Of a stretch of 64,000 bases of DNA, positions 26,901 to 39,831 are shown piece by piece. The DNA comes from Balanoglossus misakiensis (taxonomy: Eukaryota; Animalia; Hemichordata). Under the pieces are notes generated by a model, which saw nothing but the letters and a program-made list of their open reading frames with translations, made no database searches and had not been told where the DNA came from. Each line of letters starts with the position of its first letter. Position 1 is the stretch's first letter. A program made the position numbers and the translations under genes. The stretch is from assembly GCA_040954595.2 (NCBI GenBank), contig CM082585.2, positions 8,567,649 through 8,631,648 on the forward strand, read 5' to 3'.

Positions 26901-28720
26901 GCTAGAATCGAGGATGTTTCGGCATAAATCACTTGCACGCCACTAAAAATTTACGATTTGAACTTGTGCAAGTCAAAGTATGCGACTGAAAGCGATCTGA
27001 GGTCAAACCTGTATTCGAAATTGCGCTATAAAAACAGGCAACTATTAAACTACATCTTAAATCTCAATAACCTGCATGTACACAGAAATAATGCAGAAAT
27101 TCTTGTATAAGTCAGGTGACCACTAAGAGCCAATTAGATATCACTATTTAAACTAAATTACCATATTTTTGGCCCAAAATACAGAGTACTTTTTTATATT
27201 TACGAAGCACTGTTGACGTTTTCACTTGAAATTATTAAATGGCGCGGTCTTCAAAAGACAAACATGGATGATTTAATGTCTTAACAAAATATAAAAACAT
27301 CCACACAGACTAAATTCATCACAAATAATAACAATCAGTACAGATACATTTATGAGCCTGTGCGCAAATGTTATATAGTTTAACGTCCTTTTGCAGTGGC
27401 CTGACAACCGCACACATGTTGTACAATGAAAAGGTCATAAAAATATTGTCACATTGATTCTGGTCCAGTGCTAACTGAAATGAGGCCATCCAGTGATTAA
27501 ACAGGCGGTTTTGTAAAATTTGAAGTTCGCATATTTTCACTGAGAAATTTAATGTCTTTTTCAGGTTTTTTATATAATTTCTACAAAAAGTTATAATTTT
27601 ACAAAACTTTGTGATGGTGGTAAGTAACATGGTTTTTGCTTGTACTTTCATATCACTCAAACTGGTGCATCAACAATTTAAATTTCTCCACCGTACATTT
27701 AGGAAGGGACGTCGACACTTGATATCGGAATATGGTACCAGTTTTCTGATAATATAAAAGGCCATTAATCCCACTGGCTATATATGTACATGATTAAATG
27801 CATTCAACAATGATCAATGGATGACGATGCCAAAAATACATGTGTGCTGTGCAATCGTTCGTAAATGACAGGTTTACCAACTGACATGGTTTCGAACTTA
27901 CAGCTGCAGGTTTTGGATAGACTCCAGGCGAGGTAACTCTGGAACCATGGGATATTATTGTGACCAATCATGTCACATCAATCATTGTTACAACCAACAT
28001 GTGCCTGTTTATCAGGCGCCGACATGATGACCTTTGTTTCACATGTGCATGTTTCATGGAAGGGGAAGGATTACATATGCTTTGAGGTTGCTTCATAAAT
28101 TATTCTGCATGCAATATGTGGAGGAGGGGGGGGGATGTGCAGAGGTGGCCTCAATTCACACCCCATACATGGATACTGCACATGAATACTTCCCACTACT
28201 TAATTTTTGGTCAGTACCAACAATTAATTTTTGGTCAGTACCAGAAATTAGATTGCACAGACAATTCTCATGTTATGCATGCACTTTGTATGGCTTTGGT
28301 TGCAACAACTGGTCATTAAGCGTGTTTCAGTGTGTAGAAAAACATAAATAACCCATCACAAGTATAAAAATAACCAAATAATGTCGACTTTGTCCCTTTA
28401 ATCACTTGACCTGACAGAACCAAAACTGACACTTTTCGACACATCCAGAACGCTGAGCTGTAACGATAGTGACAGCTATTTCAGTGAAATAAATGACCAA
28501 AAACCGCCCTTCCGAGAAATCTGTCGAACATGAAAGATAAGATTACCCGGCAGACAGCTGACACTCGTTTTGTGTGATGATACTATGTAAAAGGCTTCTA
28601 TACAGCACAAGCCAACATGGCGTTCGGCGTCATTGCATAATTACTCAACCATCCGAATCTAAGCTCTCTGCTTACCACTATCAAGCAAATCACTGCATTT
28701 TGCATGAGCCGGCTCCTTGG

Positions 28721-28733
28721 GTTTCCTAGCAAC
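28721..28733. promoter_or_regulatory. RFX X-box-like motif GTTTCCTAGCAAC
   Basis: Direct motif match. Confidence 0.5.
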
Positions 28734-31700
28734 GCTATTGATGAAGACAAACAGACTCTCTAGCCGGTGACAGGCTTGAAACCTAGATGAATTCGTATAT
28801 TGATGACAGGATTCCAAATTCACCAATTTCACTTTATTTATTTTCGTAACGCTTACTTAAACCATCAGTCTTGCTCAGTCCATGAATTTTTCACACTCGC
28901 TCTTAATGCTCGCAAGATGACTTGTGCAGTCACTGCGAAATTTGTGACATAAAATAGTTGAAATCTTAGGCTTTCATCAGAAGAAGATTAAAAATCATTT
29001 AAAAATGTTTATTATTAAAGACAGCTGCAAAAGCAATTCATATCTATCAAAATAAGATACAGTTTTACAAGATCACAAGATTGCTTTTTCTCAGTCCACA
29101 CAAAATTTTATAATCCTCTTGGGTTTCAATGTCACAGGTAAACGTTATTGTTCAATTTCCGGCCTCATACCTGTCACACATATGTCACACGGTTGGACTT
29201 TAACAAGTAATCCTCGCACGTATGGAAAAGAGAAATAATTGAATTCAATTTCAGAGTTGAAAAGACAACCGTATGGCAGTTGGGTAATACAGAAATAGGA
29301 CCCACTGAAATATTCTATGCACAATTTTCAGGGCACAATAAAATTGTCACTTTGAGCCGACAACACACTGCTGTTACAACGCATTTGAATAATAAGAGTG
29401 CATACAAAAATTGCTCTTTATGAATGGTTAAAATGAATAGGAAGTACTGAGAATCTCATTCACAATAAGATTGATATCCAGTAATTGCCTGAAATGGGAC
29501 AAATAAATCTTTTGGCACTTTATGCTTAATAGCTACAAACTGTAGAGGTCCAACTTTAGCGTAGAAAACAACGGATTTGGGCTGAACCATATGGTGGTGA
29601 GAGGGTCAAACCAACCCAGATTTGGAACGACGAAGTGTAATGTAGCTGAGATACTAACATTTTTGTCTTCAATTGATTATTTCTCACTATCAATCATTGC
29701 AGTGATTTTTTCCTGCAAAGTGGCGGACTTTATTGGACAAGCTCTCGTGCAAATAATCACAGACAATAAATCAAGTGTCGTGCAAACAGTGTGGAGAATT
29801 CACTCAAGCACGCGGATCAAAAGGAAGCACAAACAACGTTTGAGTGAAGTGTCGTTTTCTAAATGCGTGTGTGTAATTAAGTTAATATCGGGACACCAGA
29901 CAGACTGCCATCCTACAGTGAAACTGGATTTCATCATCAGTTGATGAACCAAAAGCCCTGAATATTCACTAGTTTGCACACTTAATAAATTAAATCGAAG
30001 CATATTATTTGATTGTAATCAGGTTTATAGACTCTGTTTCTTCAAGGTATCGGACATGCACCTGGGAAGGAATATTAAACAAGAGCTGACGTTTGTCACA
30101 AAATGTCTAGCAAGTGGATTTTCGCCATCTCAGATGTCTAAGACCGCATCCATACGTATCACTACCTGGGGTATAATCAATAGCAGTGCACAGTTCCCAC
30201 AATGCATCTATCCAATATTTGATTCACAGTATCACACATTCTTGACCTAGATTTTCTGATATCAGAAATGTCAGCTCATTTGAGCTATAAATTTCATAAA
30301 ATTTCCTTACGTCAACCCTATATGTCTTTTAACATGTAAAATGGATTATAAAAAATTTCAAATGTCTTGTGTCATGAATTTCTAAATGTATCTGGTCTGT
30401 ATCTTTATTATGTAAAACGAAAAACGATACCTGTCCTGGAATATGACATATACTGCTATGCATCTGTAAAGTGGCACAGATTGACTATGTTAAGAGAATT
30501 TTCTCGCCTACAAAGAAATCTCTGTGTGTCATTCAAACTAACAATCAAAGCCCCTGCATTCTTGCGCCATTATTCACATTATTACGATGAACACACACAC
30601 ATAAAGACGATTCTGTGAAATACTATACCGGTGGACAGATTATATTCCAAGATATTCGTGTAGAGGTTTGTCCATGGGTTCACTGACCCAATCCATCATA
30701 AAATACAAGCGTAAATACACAGATAATAAGCCAGCCAGTCTGTACATACGACTCTCAAAGTAAATCACCAATAATTGGATAATTGGCGATAAATATTAAT
30801 AATGCCCAATAAAATGCTTTTGTCCCAATTGTCGGTGTAATTACGCCCTTGCATCATGCCGTAAATTTCACCGGATATCATCAAGAATGGCTGGAAAATA
30901 TCGGAATTGTATTCTTTATTCAGTCTTGTGTACATTTGGCATCTGGCAAATATGACATTGTTTGCGTTTGAAAATTAATATGTTTGCACTAACCTCTCGT
31001 CACAATTACGCTATCAATTTTCCAAGGGAATTTCATTGACTTGGAGCCAAGCACGGCGACAGTTGCACAGATCACATATATTTGAACCGCATATGTTACT
31101 GGTTTTTAGGGTTCTAACATCAGAAAATGTTGAATATAGTGAGCCAGCATAACACTAGCATGCATCAATATTTTATGAGCAATCTCACAAAAATCTTATG
31201 AAAATCACATTATCTGTGCTGAGTTTGTATAAAAGCTAAATTAATCAATTAATAAAATGCGTCGCTGTATTATTGATATTGAAATGCGATTTACATAAAT
31301 TTTATATGAGAAACATAAAAACAGCCTCAATGAAAATTTATGTTATCATCCTTTTTACAAAATGTATTTTACTTTTAAGATGCAGCAGATATCGTCGAAG
31401 TTAGGAGCTAAAATTTAATCTTCTCCATAAAACTGCTTAAAGTCTCATATTCTGCAAGACTGGATTTATGATTTTAACTTTATCTGTCATAAAAAGTTCA
31501 CCATGAAGGGAACATCTCAAGGAGAAGCTGACTGCTTGGTAACATATGCAGTGGTTTGTTACAGTTAGGGATGGTACCAAGGTAAAATCTTACCCACAGT
31601 AATTTTACCAGGGCCCTTTTTAATGTATCAATACAGTCTTATTACGACGTTAATTTCAAGGCATAAATTCTTCGTGTCATTTCTGTGCCTCTGAACTTTT

Positions 31701-32294
31701 GTATAGGGGAGGGGTTTGAGGTCAAACTTCTATTATAATTATCCACAATCCCTTACGGCTAACAGCAGGCTTGCCGCATACAAGAATCAGCTTAGATTAG
31801 GTTCTGGATGCTAAATGACTAAATCACCTTCAAGGCTGTACAATGCATGCAACCGTGAAAATTGACAATTCCAATTTTCCCTCATAATTCAACCGTAGAC
31901 TACAGCCATTTCGAATTTCAATATCTGAGTTCGGACCAAGTTTCTCGAAGATTTGATTATCTCGAATACAGGTAATAAAAAATTCCATGACCCTGATTTT
32001 TGCTGGTTTAAAAGATAACAACTGTATCATTATAAACCGAAGAGTGCGTAAAAATTTACGACTATAGTTTTTGAGCTGCGTACATCCCTGCAGGCTGAAA
32101 AATAATGAACGCCAGATATAGACGCAGCGTGTGCCCGTACAAGTTTACGACCAGAAACGACCAACATACATATTGATAGTACTACAACTTAGATACATGT
32201 ACATGACATGTATGTACCAGTTAAAAATACAACTGTATACAATATAGGCAACTGATAAAGCCATCACTGAAAAATTTAATATGCAGAGAATCTC

Positions 32295-32328
32295 TTTTCT
32301 GGCAACCTCCGCAAGTATCCATGGCAAC
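32295..32328. promoter_or_regulatory. X-box GTATCCATGGCAAC (32315-32328) with an adjacent half-site CTGGCAAC
   Basis: Exact fit to the GTHNYY-AT-RRNAAC X-box consensus. Confidence 0.55.
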
Positions 32329-32993
32329 ATATTAAACCAATACTGTACAATGCACACTCTATTGCTCTATCATCTTCCACTATTTAGGCCTGCGTCAAAA
32401 ATATTACATCATGAAAGAGAGGAGTTTCAGCCATGCAAACACTTTGCATTTCACATTTTATAAGAACTCAGGTACAGTTTGTGACATAAACGATTAACCG
32501 CGTCGTATCGTCATAATCTCAAACAGCTGTGAGGCCACTCCATCAACACACATTTTCAAAATCGCGTCGAGCTCAGACAACCTAGCCTAATGCATTGCTC
32601 TGATGCCCAGACACTAGCCTTAAATCCTGCGAAAATATAAATCACGTACACCGATCGTTTAGAAAGCCCTGTTTGTATCAGAGATGACAGCTATCAAAAA
32701 ATTCCGCGCTGGAAAGTTGGCGGAAATCATTAAAGGGGCATAAAATCCATCGTAAATAACTTCGATATTGCTTCACTTGGTTTCATTGTTTGTCAGCATG
32801 TACTTGGAGAACATATGGATCACGTTCACCATGAAAGAATCGCAAGGTTTTGTATATCATGGCTTAGATGAAGGCCAAAAATAGCCAACAGCAATTTTTT
32901 TTCAGTTCTGGCAAGTGACTGCACTCTTATCAATGGCGTAATCCACCCACTGACAATATTATGGTATAGCGTGGCCAACTTGGAAAATGACCG

Positions 32994-33270
32994 GAGTCTG
33001 TTTCACTGTTACGTTCAATGCATTTATTAACTATGATAATTCTTTCAAGATAAACAGCCATTCTGGTATGTATGTGTGCACACTCAACTAAATTTTCATT
33101 TATTCTCATGCACATTTTTCAATTATCCACAACCCCAACTGTGATAATTTTATACGGGCTGATAAAATAGCTGAATCCATTTCTCAGAAACAATGTCATA
33201 ACTCGAGTCTGTTTTCACTGTTACCAACACATTTAGCATGATAATAATTTTTCAAGGGAAACAGCCATAG
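32994..33270. repeat. Degenerate ~70-bp direct repeat pair about 210 bp apart
   Basis: gagtctgttt(t)cactgttac...ttcaag...aaacagccat at ~32994 and ~33205. Confidence 0.65.
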
Positions 33271-36200
33271 GCAATGCACATGCACATAAGTGTGCTATGG
33301 GTTTTAGACAATATGCTGATTAATATAAAAACACATGCGGTGCGTCACATGTGGTTTTTTGTTCGATAGATTATTTAACCGCCTGGGGAGTTATGTTATC
33401 GCAAGCAAAAAAGGGTTCGTCTGATATAAAATTCATCAATTTTAACTACGGGTTACAGAGGTTAGTGTTGATAGATTTTACAAGAACCAAGAAAAGCTTT
33501 TCTACATTTACAATTTCTCGGATCTTCGCGAATTTACTTTAGTTTGTGTTTCTTTGTATTTTATTTTACATCTCTTTTTTATCATATTCTTCACATGAAG
33601 AAAAATTAACATTTCTCCTTGGGATAAAGATACCATCTTTGGCACTCACTTTGGTTTTTATTTTCCGAGTCATAAACAAATTTGCAGTATTTTTATTTTG
33701 TCCAGCTTATAGGAATGGCAAGTATCATAATTTGAAATAAACGTACCATATTGACACTGTTGATTATAAACTTTCAATAATTTTGTCAAGAAAAAATTCA
33801 ACAATTTCAATAATACTATACATTCTACAGGGCGTCAGGGATTTCACATATTGGTTATTTCCTGAAATTCTCAGCACAGAATAAAATGTATATAATATAC
33901 TGGCGAACAAATACATAATTTGGTGTCATGGTTTTTTTCATCTATATAATAAATTATGCCCTCTGGATATTTATGTATTACAGACTGAATGGGAACACCA
34001 CTCTAATGACCACATGGACAAAAACCTTGTGCACAAGAAAATAGCCACGAAAACAACCAGAACTCTGCACTGTATACAACACTGCAAAATAAAATAAACA
34101 ATCTAAACATTCCGGTCATGAACTTAAACCATCTCTCTGCTCCAGTAAACGGTTATAACAAGCTTTCATTCGTGACCGTGCATATAACCTTCATGTCAAG
34201 ACAGATCACCGTTACAGCTGCAAGCAATCTTGGTATTCACTATCCCCCCCCCCCCCCCCCCCCCCCCCCACTACTGTTAAATTACAAATTACCCCCGACT
34301 ACTACCAAAACCAGTGTTTAAAAACTCTCAAAAATATTGTGTTTTTTTTCATAATTGATCAGAAACATCACGATAATGTCAATACTGCGCAGTCAATCAA
34401 CTCCTCAGAGCTTCTCATATATATTGATAATTATTTCATTATACTGCAGGCAATGGGAAAGATGTTTCAATAAACACTTAATTTTTGTTTCTTTGCATAG
34501 AGATCTCACAATTGTAAAACTGACAAATTCAAACAAAACAACTCTCAATAATGGATTATGAAGATTCAGTTTTCAAGAAACCTTCTGAACACAACAATAC
34601 AATCAGATGTCATTTGGGTGCCTTCTTTCATAAATAGTTAAAGCGTATAGATTAAGCCCTGCGGGCTCACGTATGATTTCAAATAAAAGCCCTTCAAGTT
34701 ACTCAGTTGAAAGAGCAGCATGCGTCGCTTTTCATCCTGACATCCCTATTTCACAAATATGGATTAGTCCTACCTCCATGATCAATATGTTGAATAGTCC
34801 AAGACGTGGGGCAATCTGGGGGTTGGGCCGCGTGGCATGCGGTTTCCATAACACACTAAGTATCCAATTAGTCTACAATCCATATTTTGCACAAGACAGA
34901 GACAAGCAATTTACACTGTTATACAATTTTCAAAAGGAGAGACCTCTAGCTTAGTTACGTTCACATAAATCACTCGATTTCAAACGACGGGGCTATAAGC
35001 CTTCATAAAAAACACAGAAAAACGTTAATATCGCTGTTAATATTAAAAGCATGTTGTTGTACGTTTCAAATTTCATCCAGAATCCCACCGATATCAATCT
35101 CTGTAATAGCTACTTAGAAGTTCGTATTTTAATGAAGTTTTTTTCCTGGCTGATAACACGAGTGTCTACTTAAGAATCTCGATGTTCAGATACAAAAATG
35201 ATGGCAGGTCAGTGTGTGCATACGCTATTACCTTATTACAGTGAGCCTATGTCACTTGGCTGCATACACACAACCGAGCCTATGTCATATGTATGCAAAT
35301 TGCCGACGTATACAATTTGCCCTCTGCCTCTGAGCTTAATCCCCGGCAGGCAGCTGAAAATCCGATCTCGTGCCACTTTTTTCATGCATGGAATACACAC
35401 TGAGGTCTTGGCCATCTTAATGAGACTGGCTACAGATTGGAATTTTTTTTAAAACTCAGACCTCGCTGTCCCTCCTTTATAAGAATACAAACACTGCGCA
35501 AGAATGCGAGCTATTTGCCAATATTATTCTGCGTATGAATTTGTAAGTGACACTTAGCAACCGAAGAAATTCTTATTTTCTCATCATGCAGTTACATTTT
35601 CCAGACAGCTAGCATATAAGAGTTTCAAATGACATAAATCTGCTGCATGGAATTGCAAAATACTAACCAATAACATTGACTTCATAAAATTTGTCCCACA
35701 AAATCTTGAAAAAATAACTGACAAAATCACAACTGATATTCTTCAAAAGTTGTAAATAACACAAGGTATGTCTTGAAATAATGGCAATCAATGTGTCTTG
35801 GAAAACAAAGTATCAGAACTAATGCAGCTCCTGTAATCTGTGTAATGACGAGAGTTCAATCCAATTTGTAAAATGTCACACATCATATAGATCGCAGATT
35901 AAGTGCAATGATGGGGGTTATGTGGGATTGGTGAAATGTCACAAACAAGCTAAGCTTTGCAAATCAGTCTAATTGCGAGGCGTGTATATATAGTTCTGGA
36001 GAGATACAGCTTTGCATAAATAATACAGGTTGCAAAAATCAGATCAAATTGTAAAATGTTTTAGACGATCGACAATTACGCGAGTCATTTGGTTTTGTCC
36101 GATAGTAAAATCTGATGCACTATTGAACTGCAGTGACAAATATGACTAAAAAGGGACTGGGGTGATTCTATACCTATATAGAATCGACTTAATACACTAT

Positions 36201-36299
36201 TTTCTGCATTTTCATAATTGGAAAATAGCATATGAACTATTGCCCCAGACTGCATATTCATAAATCAGAAAAATTACATAGCAAGTGATATAATAGAAG

Positions 36300-36600
36300 G
36301 ATTGATTTGCTCTGGGCAACTTTACATTTATATTCTATCTTAAAATTAAAAATGAAAATTTTGTGTCACCATGTAACATTTTGTATAAGACAACAAAATA
36401 ATCTTGAATTTGAAATTCAAAATGGCCGCCAGTTTAGTATGAAAACAAAATGGTGGACATGCAGTTTTCTTATGTTTTTTTTTCAAAAATAGCATTCAAC
36501 ACTAATTCCTTGTTTCAAGCAAAGCAACCGCAAATTATTACCACAAGTACCTAAACTGTGTGGTATAATATACTACGTCAGGTCGGAGTGGCACTTTAAG
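36300..36600 (+). mobile_element. Partial copy of the same interspersed family inside the unc-80 intron
   Basis: Core tttgaaattcaaaatggccgccagtttagtatgaaaacaa. Boundaries are approximate. Confidence 0.45.
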
Positions 36601-38259
36601 GGAAAACATCACTATACGCAGTACTTTTGATCAAATTTCACACTTTCAGATGAGTTGGATTGTCTCAAGCTGACACTTATTACAGGATAGACATCTTGGT
36701 GATAAAAGTGACAAACCATCAAAAAATATCTATTACTTTTAAATGTTAAAATGTCCACTTGACACTGTGGTTGTCTCTTTGTTATGCAAATTATAACTTA
36801 ATTATGCACAAGTCTTGATTGGATAACATACAAACCACATTTACAATACACTTGAAAATGTAATCAGATTCCAATTATCAGTAATTTTTCACTCCTAAAA
36901 ATGAAATAACCTACCAATATAAAAATAATTCTACTCCCACAAGTGAAATTTGTGAAAACATTTTACTTGGTTGCATATTAGCCAGTTTGGGTATAGTATA
37001 ATTCCGTTATTACCAACCCTATGAACACTGCCTTGGAATGACCCGTTTTGCATATTAATTGCTGTGGCTGGACTCATGCACTTGGAAATAGGGGTGGCAT
37101 GCATCATTATAAACTGACATCTCAGATATTTCTGATCATGTGTCTTACGCTCTATAAGTTCATGAATTATTATCAGTTTGATTATGGCAGTTAACAACAT
37201 CATTCATCTTGTGTTAAAGTTATATTTTCAATCTGGGAAGTTAGCTCCCAAATGTCCATTACACTGAATCCAATCTATTATACAAACCATAGAGGTATAC
37301 ATTTCCATTTTTCACAATTTTATTTATCACACTTGTATTCCTATATACTGGCTACAATCACAAACTAGAGGTTTCGCTTGACTGGCATCCCTAACAAAGT
37401 CCCTGGTACAAAATCTCCTTAATTTTCATTTTTTAATGACTTGGTTAGAATTTCCTAACAAACAGCCTAATTCACAGGATTTCCCTTTTTAAGATTTTAA
37501 TGCAATTATAAAGTAGCAGCCACATCCATTCGTCAGAATGCTTATACCATACGGTCAGTCATTAAAACTCCCTGTTTGCATAACTAATCCAATGTTATCA
37601 AGAAAATGGGAGGGATTTGTAATAAAAACAAAATGCTTTCAATTTCACAAAAGGTCTCAGTTGAGAGAACATTAATGTCTAAGAAATGTGAACGGGAAAA
37701 CTCAACAAACGTCAATTAAAACCCCTGGGAGGGCGCATATTGATTTTCATATATTTGAGTACCATATTTAGTCTGTCTGTTATATCAACAGATTTTTACG
37801 CTCACTCTTAATGACACAGTGGTGCCGGAGGCGAGAAATTGGCTGATGTTTGATGATAAACAAAACTTTCACTCCCACAATAAACATATCCACGTCCGCT
37901 ACAAGACATGGCATAACTTGACTGCGTGGCCTTTAAATATTTGCACTGAAAATGGTTCTTGCAAGTACAAATAATCGTACGCGACGCGACCGTCCGTTTT
38001 ATGATGCAAAGTGTATGTAACGCTCTCCGCTAAGGTTTGGACCGCGCTCATTGTTAAAAAAATCTTATATCTGATTGCCCTTTTTCCTGATCTGTCTGCC
38101 TCGCTGACGGTGTATAGCTGATTTTTCGCTTCGTATGGAGGGCATCACGCGTTCACGCGCCCCCTTTTTATACAAGTGCAAATGTTCACAATCAAAATGC
38201 GCCGATAAGGTTGAAAGAGAGAGAGAGATGCGGCGAGCAGTAAAGATGGGAGAACTTAC

Positions 38260-38308
38260 CACGCAGCTAGCCTCGTATTGCTTTCCGAGCTTTGGGCGAA
38301 TAAACGGA
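38260..38308 (-). CDS. unc-80: unc-80 coding exon 2 ((S)PFIRPKLGKQYEASCV, 49 bp)
   Basis: Acceptor tttcctccacag| and donor GTG|gtaagt. The phase fits exon 1 (AG+T=Ser), and the peptide matches UNC80 'SAFLRPKLGKQYEASCV'. Confidence 0.95.
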
Positions 38309-38637
38309 CTGTGGAGGAAAGATAATGAAAATATTTCAGTGAGATATTTCCCCGAGAATAATTCGACTTGTACATTTCAGTCGATCAGTCAGTCAGCACA
38401 TGCGAAAATAAACAAACTGATGTTGATTTCAAGCCACGCGTACGTCCACGTTCACTTTCGGGGCTACATCGCATCGATGCGATGATGATGGAGATTGGCG
38501 GGTCGAGATGAAACATACATCCACGGATGACCATCGCTATCTTCCAAATCAGATGCCGGGCTCGTCAAAATTCCAATCGGTGTCAACAACACCACTGTTG
38601 GGGCTAAAAACTGCAGGGCTGTAATAAAACGACATAC

Positions 38638-38732
38638 CTCGTCTGCCGCCATAGGAAAGTCTGGATTGGGAGCGGGATCTGTTTGGCGGCATCTCTCGAT
38701 GTCTCGGATGTGGATTTTTTGCGCTTCACCAT
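38638..38732 (-). CDS. unc-80: unc-80 coding exon 1 (MVKRKKSTSETSRDAAKQIPLPIQTFLWRQT, 95 bp, phase-2 end)
   Basis: Manual translation from ATG at 38732 gives MVKRK...IPLPIQTFLWRQT, matching the conserved UNC80 N-terminus (MVKRKS...IPLPIQTFLWRQTS). It is followed by the donor AG|gtatgt. This frame is not in the ORF track. Confidence 0.95.
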
Positions 38733-39426
38733 CGTTCTTCGTGAGTCGGCTCACACGGCGATGTCCTCATGGCAAAATGATACGTCTCTTCGGATATTTG
38801 TCCCAAAAATGCGGCGGCGATCGGTGTGCGGCTCGGTATCACATCCACACACATATATACACACTGCAATCAGTCGAGTCCCCGCCGCGATGGGCGATCC
38901 TGTACCGGCGAGTGTGTATCACACACGTCCTAGTGTAGTACTGTATACCATACCAGCTGCCAATTCTGCGAGTTCACCTAATTAGCATAATAAAATTTAA
39001 TCTCGAGTCAGAAGCCCGCCGGCAAGAGTGAGCGATCGAGTCAGTTCGACCCACACAGGAAGACATAAACAGCTAGAACCCGCCATGCGTCGGTTTGCTA
39101 AACTTAGATCAAATATATGAGTTAAAACGTTCGTGAAAGTACGTCGTGTCGCGTGTGTCTGCGAGACCATTTATAAACGACATTCATGCAAATATCTAGC
39201 TCACATTAAGCTTATGTAAACCAGTCACGCATCTGTTTAAGTTTTTCCTTCTAATTTTAGAACTTTCACATATGCGATTGACTGTTTTTGTTTTAACTTT
39301 TAGTGCCCCTACATGTAAGTAAACATACAATTCATAAATTATACACAATGGTGAGCAAAAGATGAAAATAGGGCCTATGTTTATATTTTGTGGATCGCAT
39401 TTTTCAATTTATTTAGATGTGTAAGT

Positions 39427-39436
39427 CACTTACTTA

Positions 39437-39472
<36 letters not shown>
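39427..39472. repeat. (ACTT)n microsatellite upstream of unc-80
   Basis: Directly visible in the sequence. Confidence 0.9.
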
Positions 39473-39817
39473 CGAAATTATAAACCCCTAAAAACTTGAA
39501 TTCAAATGATATCCTCTGTTCTTTTGCCCTGTCTAACTTTCGGTTTCGAAATTTCATTTCACAGCTAGCAGTCCGTATTCACTACCGCGTGACTAATTAC
39601 AAAATATGTCGTTCCGTGGTCAAATTGCTTCCAAGATAACTGAACAGGCCAAGTCTTGAGAAAAATTAACGCCGTCGCCGAGTAATTAAACCAAGTCTAT
39701 CGCTCCTTGGAAACTGGGCACATTTTACGAGGTTCGTGCCCTGTTTTTCACACGTCATCGTAATAAAATCCAATCTAGCGTGTCGCACATGTGCCTGGAC
39801 ATGCGACGTAGAGTGTC

Positions 39818-39831
39818 GTTTCCATGGAGAC
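39818..39831. promoter_or_regulatory. X-box GTTTCCATGGAGAC ~1.1 kb upstream of the unc-80 start codon
   Basis: Direct motif match within a CpG-containing segment upstream of exon 1. Confidence 0.55.

Larger units (their letters stand above)
4936..38259 (-). other. unc-80: unc-80 intron 2 (33,324 bp, GT-AG, phase 0)
   Basis: Exons 2 and 3 join in frame to give the contiguous UNC80 sequence ...YEASCV|TFERVLVENK..., so no intervening coding exon is required. I found no credible long ORF inside the intron. Confidence 0.9.

Noticed and set aside
28198-28242. Short direct repeats (ttaatttttggtcagtacca x2) considered as array-like or CRISPR-like
   Set aside because: Only two units with no unique spacers, in a eukaryotic intron; simple slippage duplication.
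4936-38259. Frequent TGCATG/CATGCA (RBFOX-like) hexamers, and a possible nested gene in the intron
   Set aside because: The hexamer is common on both strands, as expected from CpG decay, and no alternative exon was identified. Intronic ORFs are short and not protein-like.
38464-38754. 96-aa ORF MSRLTKNDGEAQK... in the ORF track
   Set aside because: Wrong frame; the real exon 1 reads MVKRKK... from 38732 and splices at 38638.
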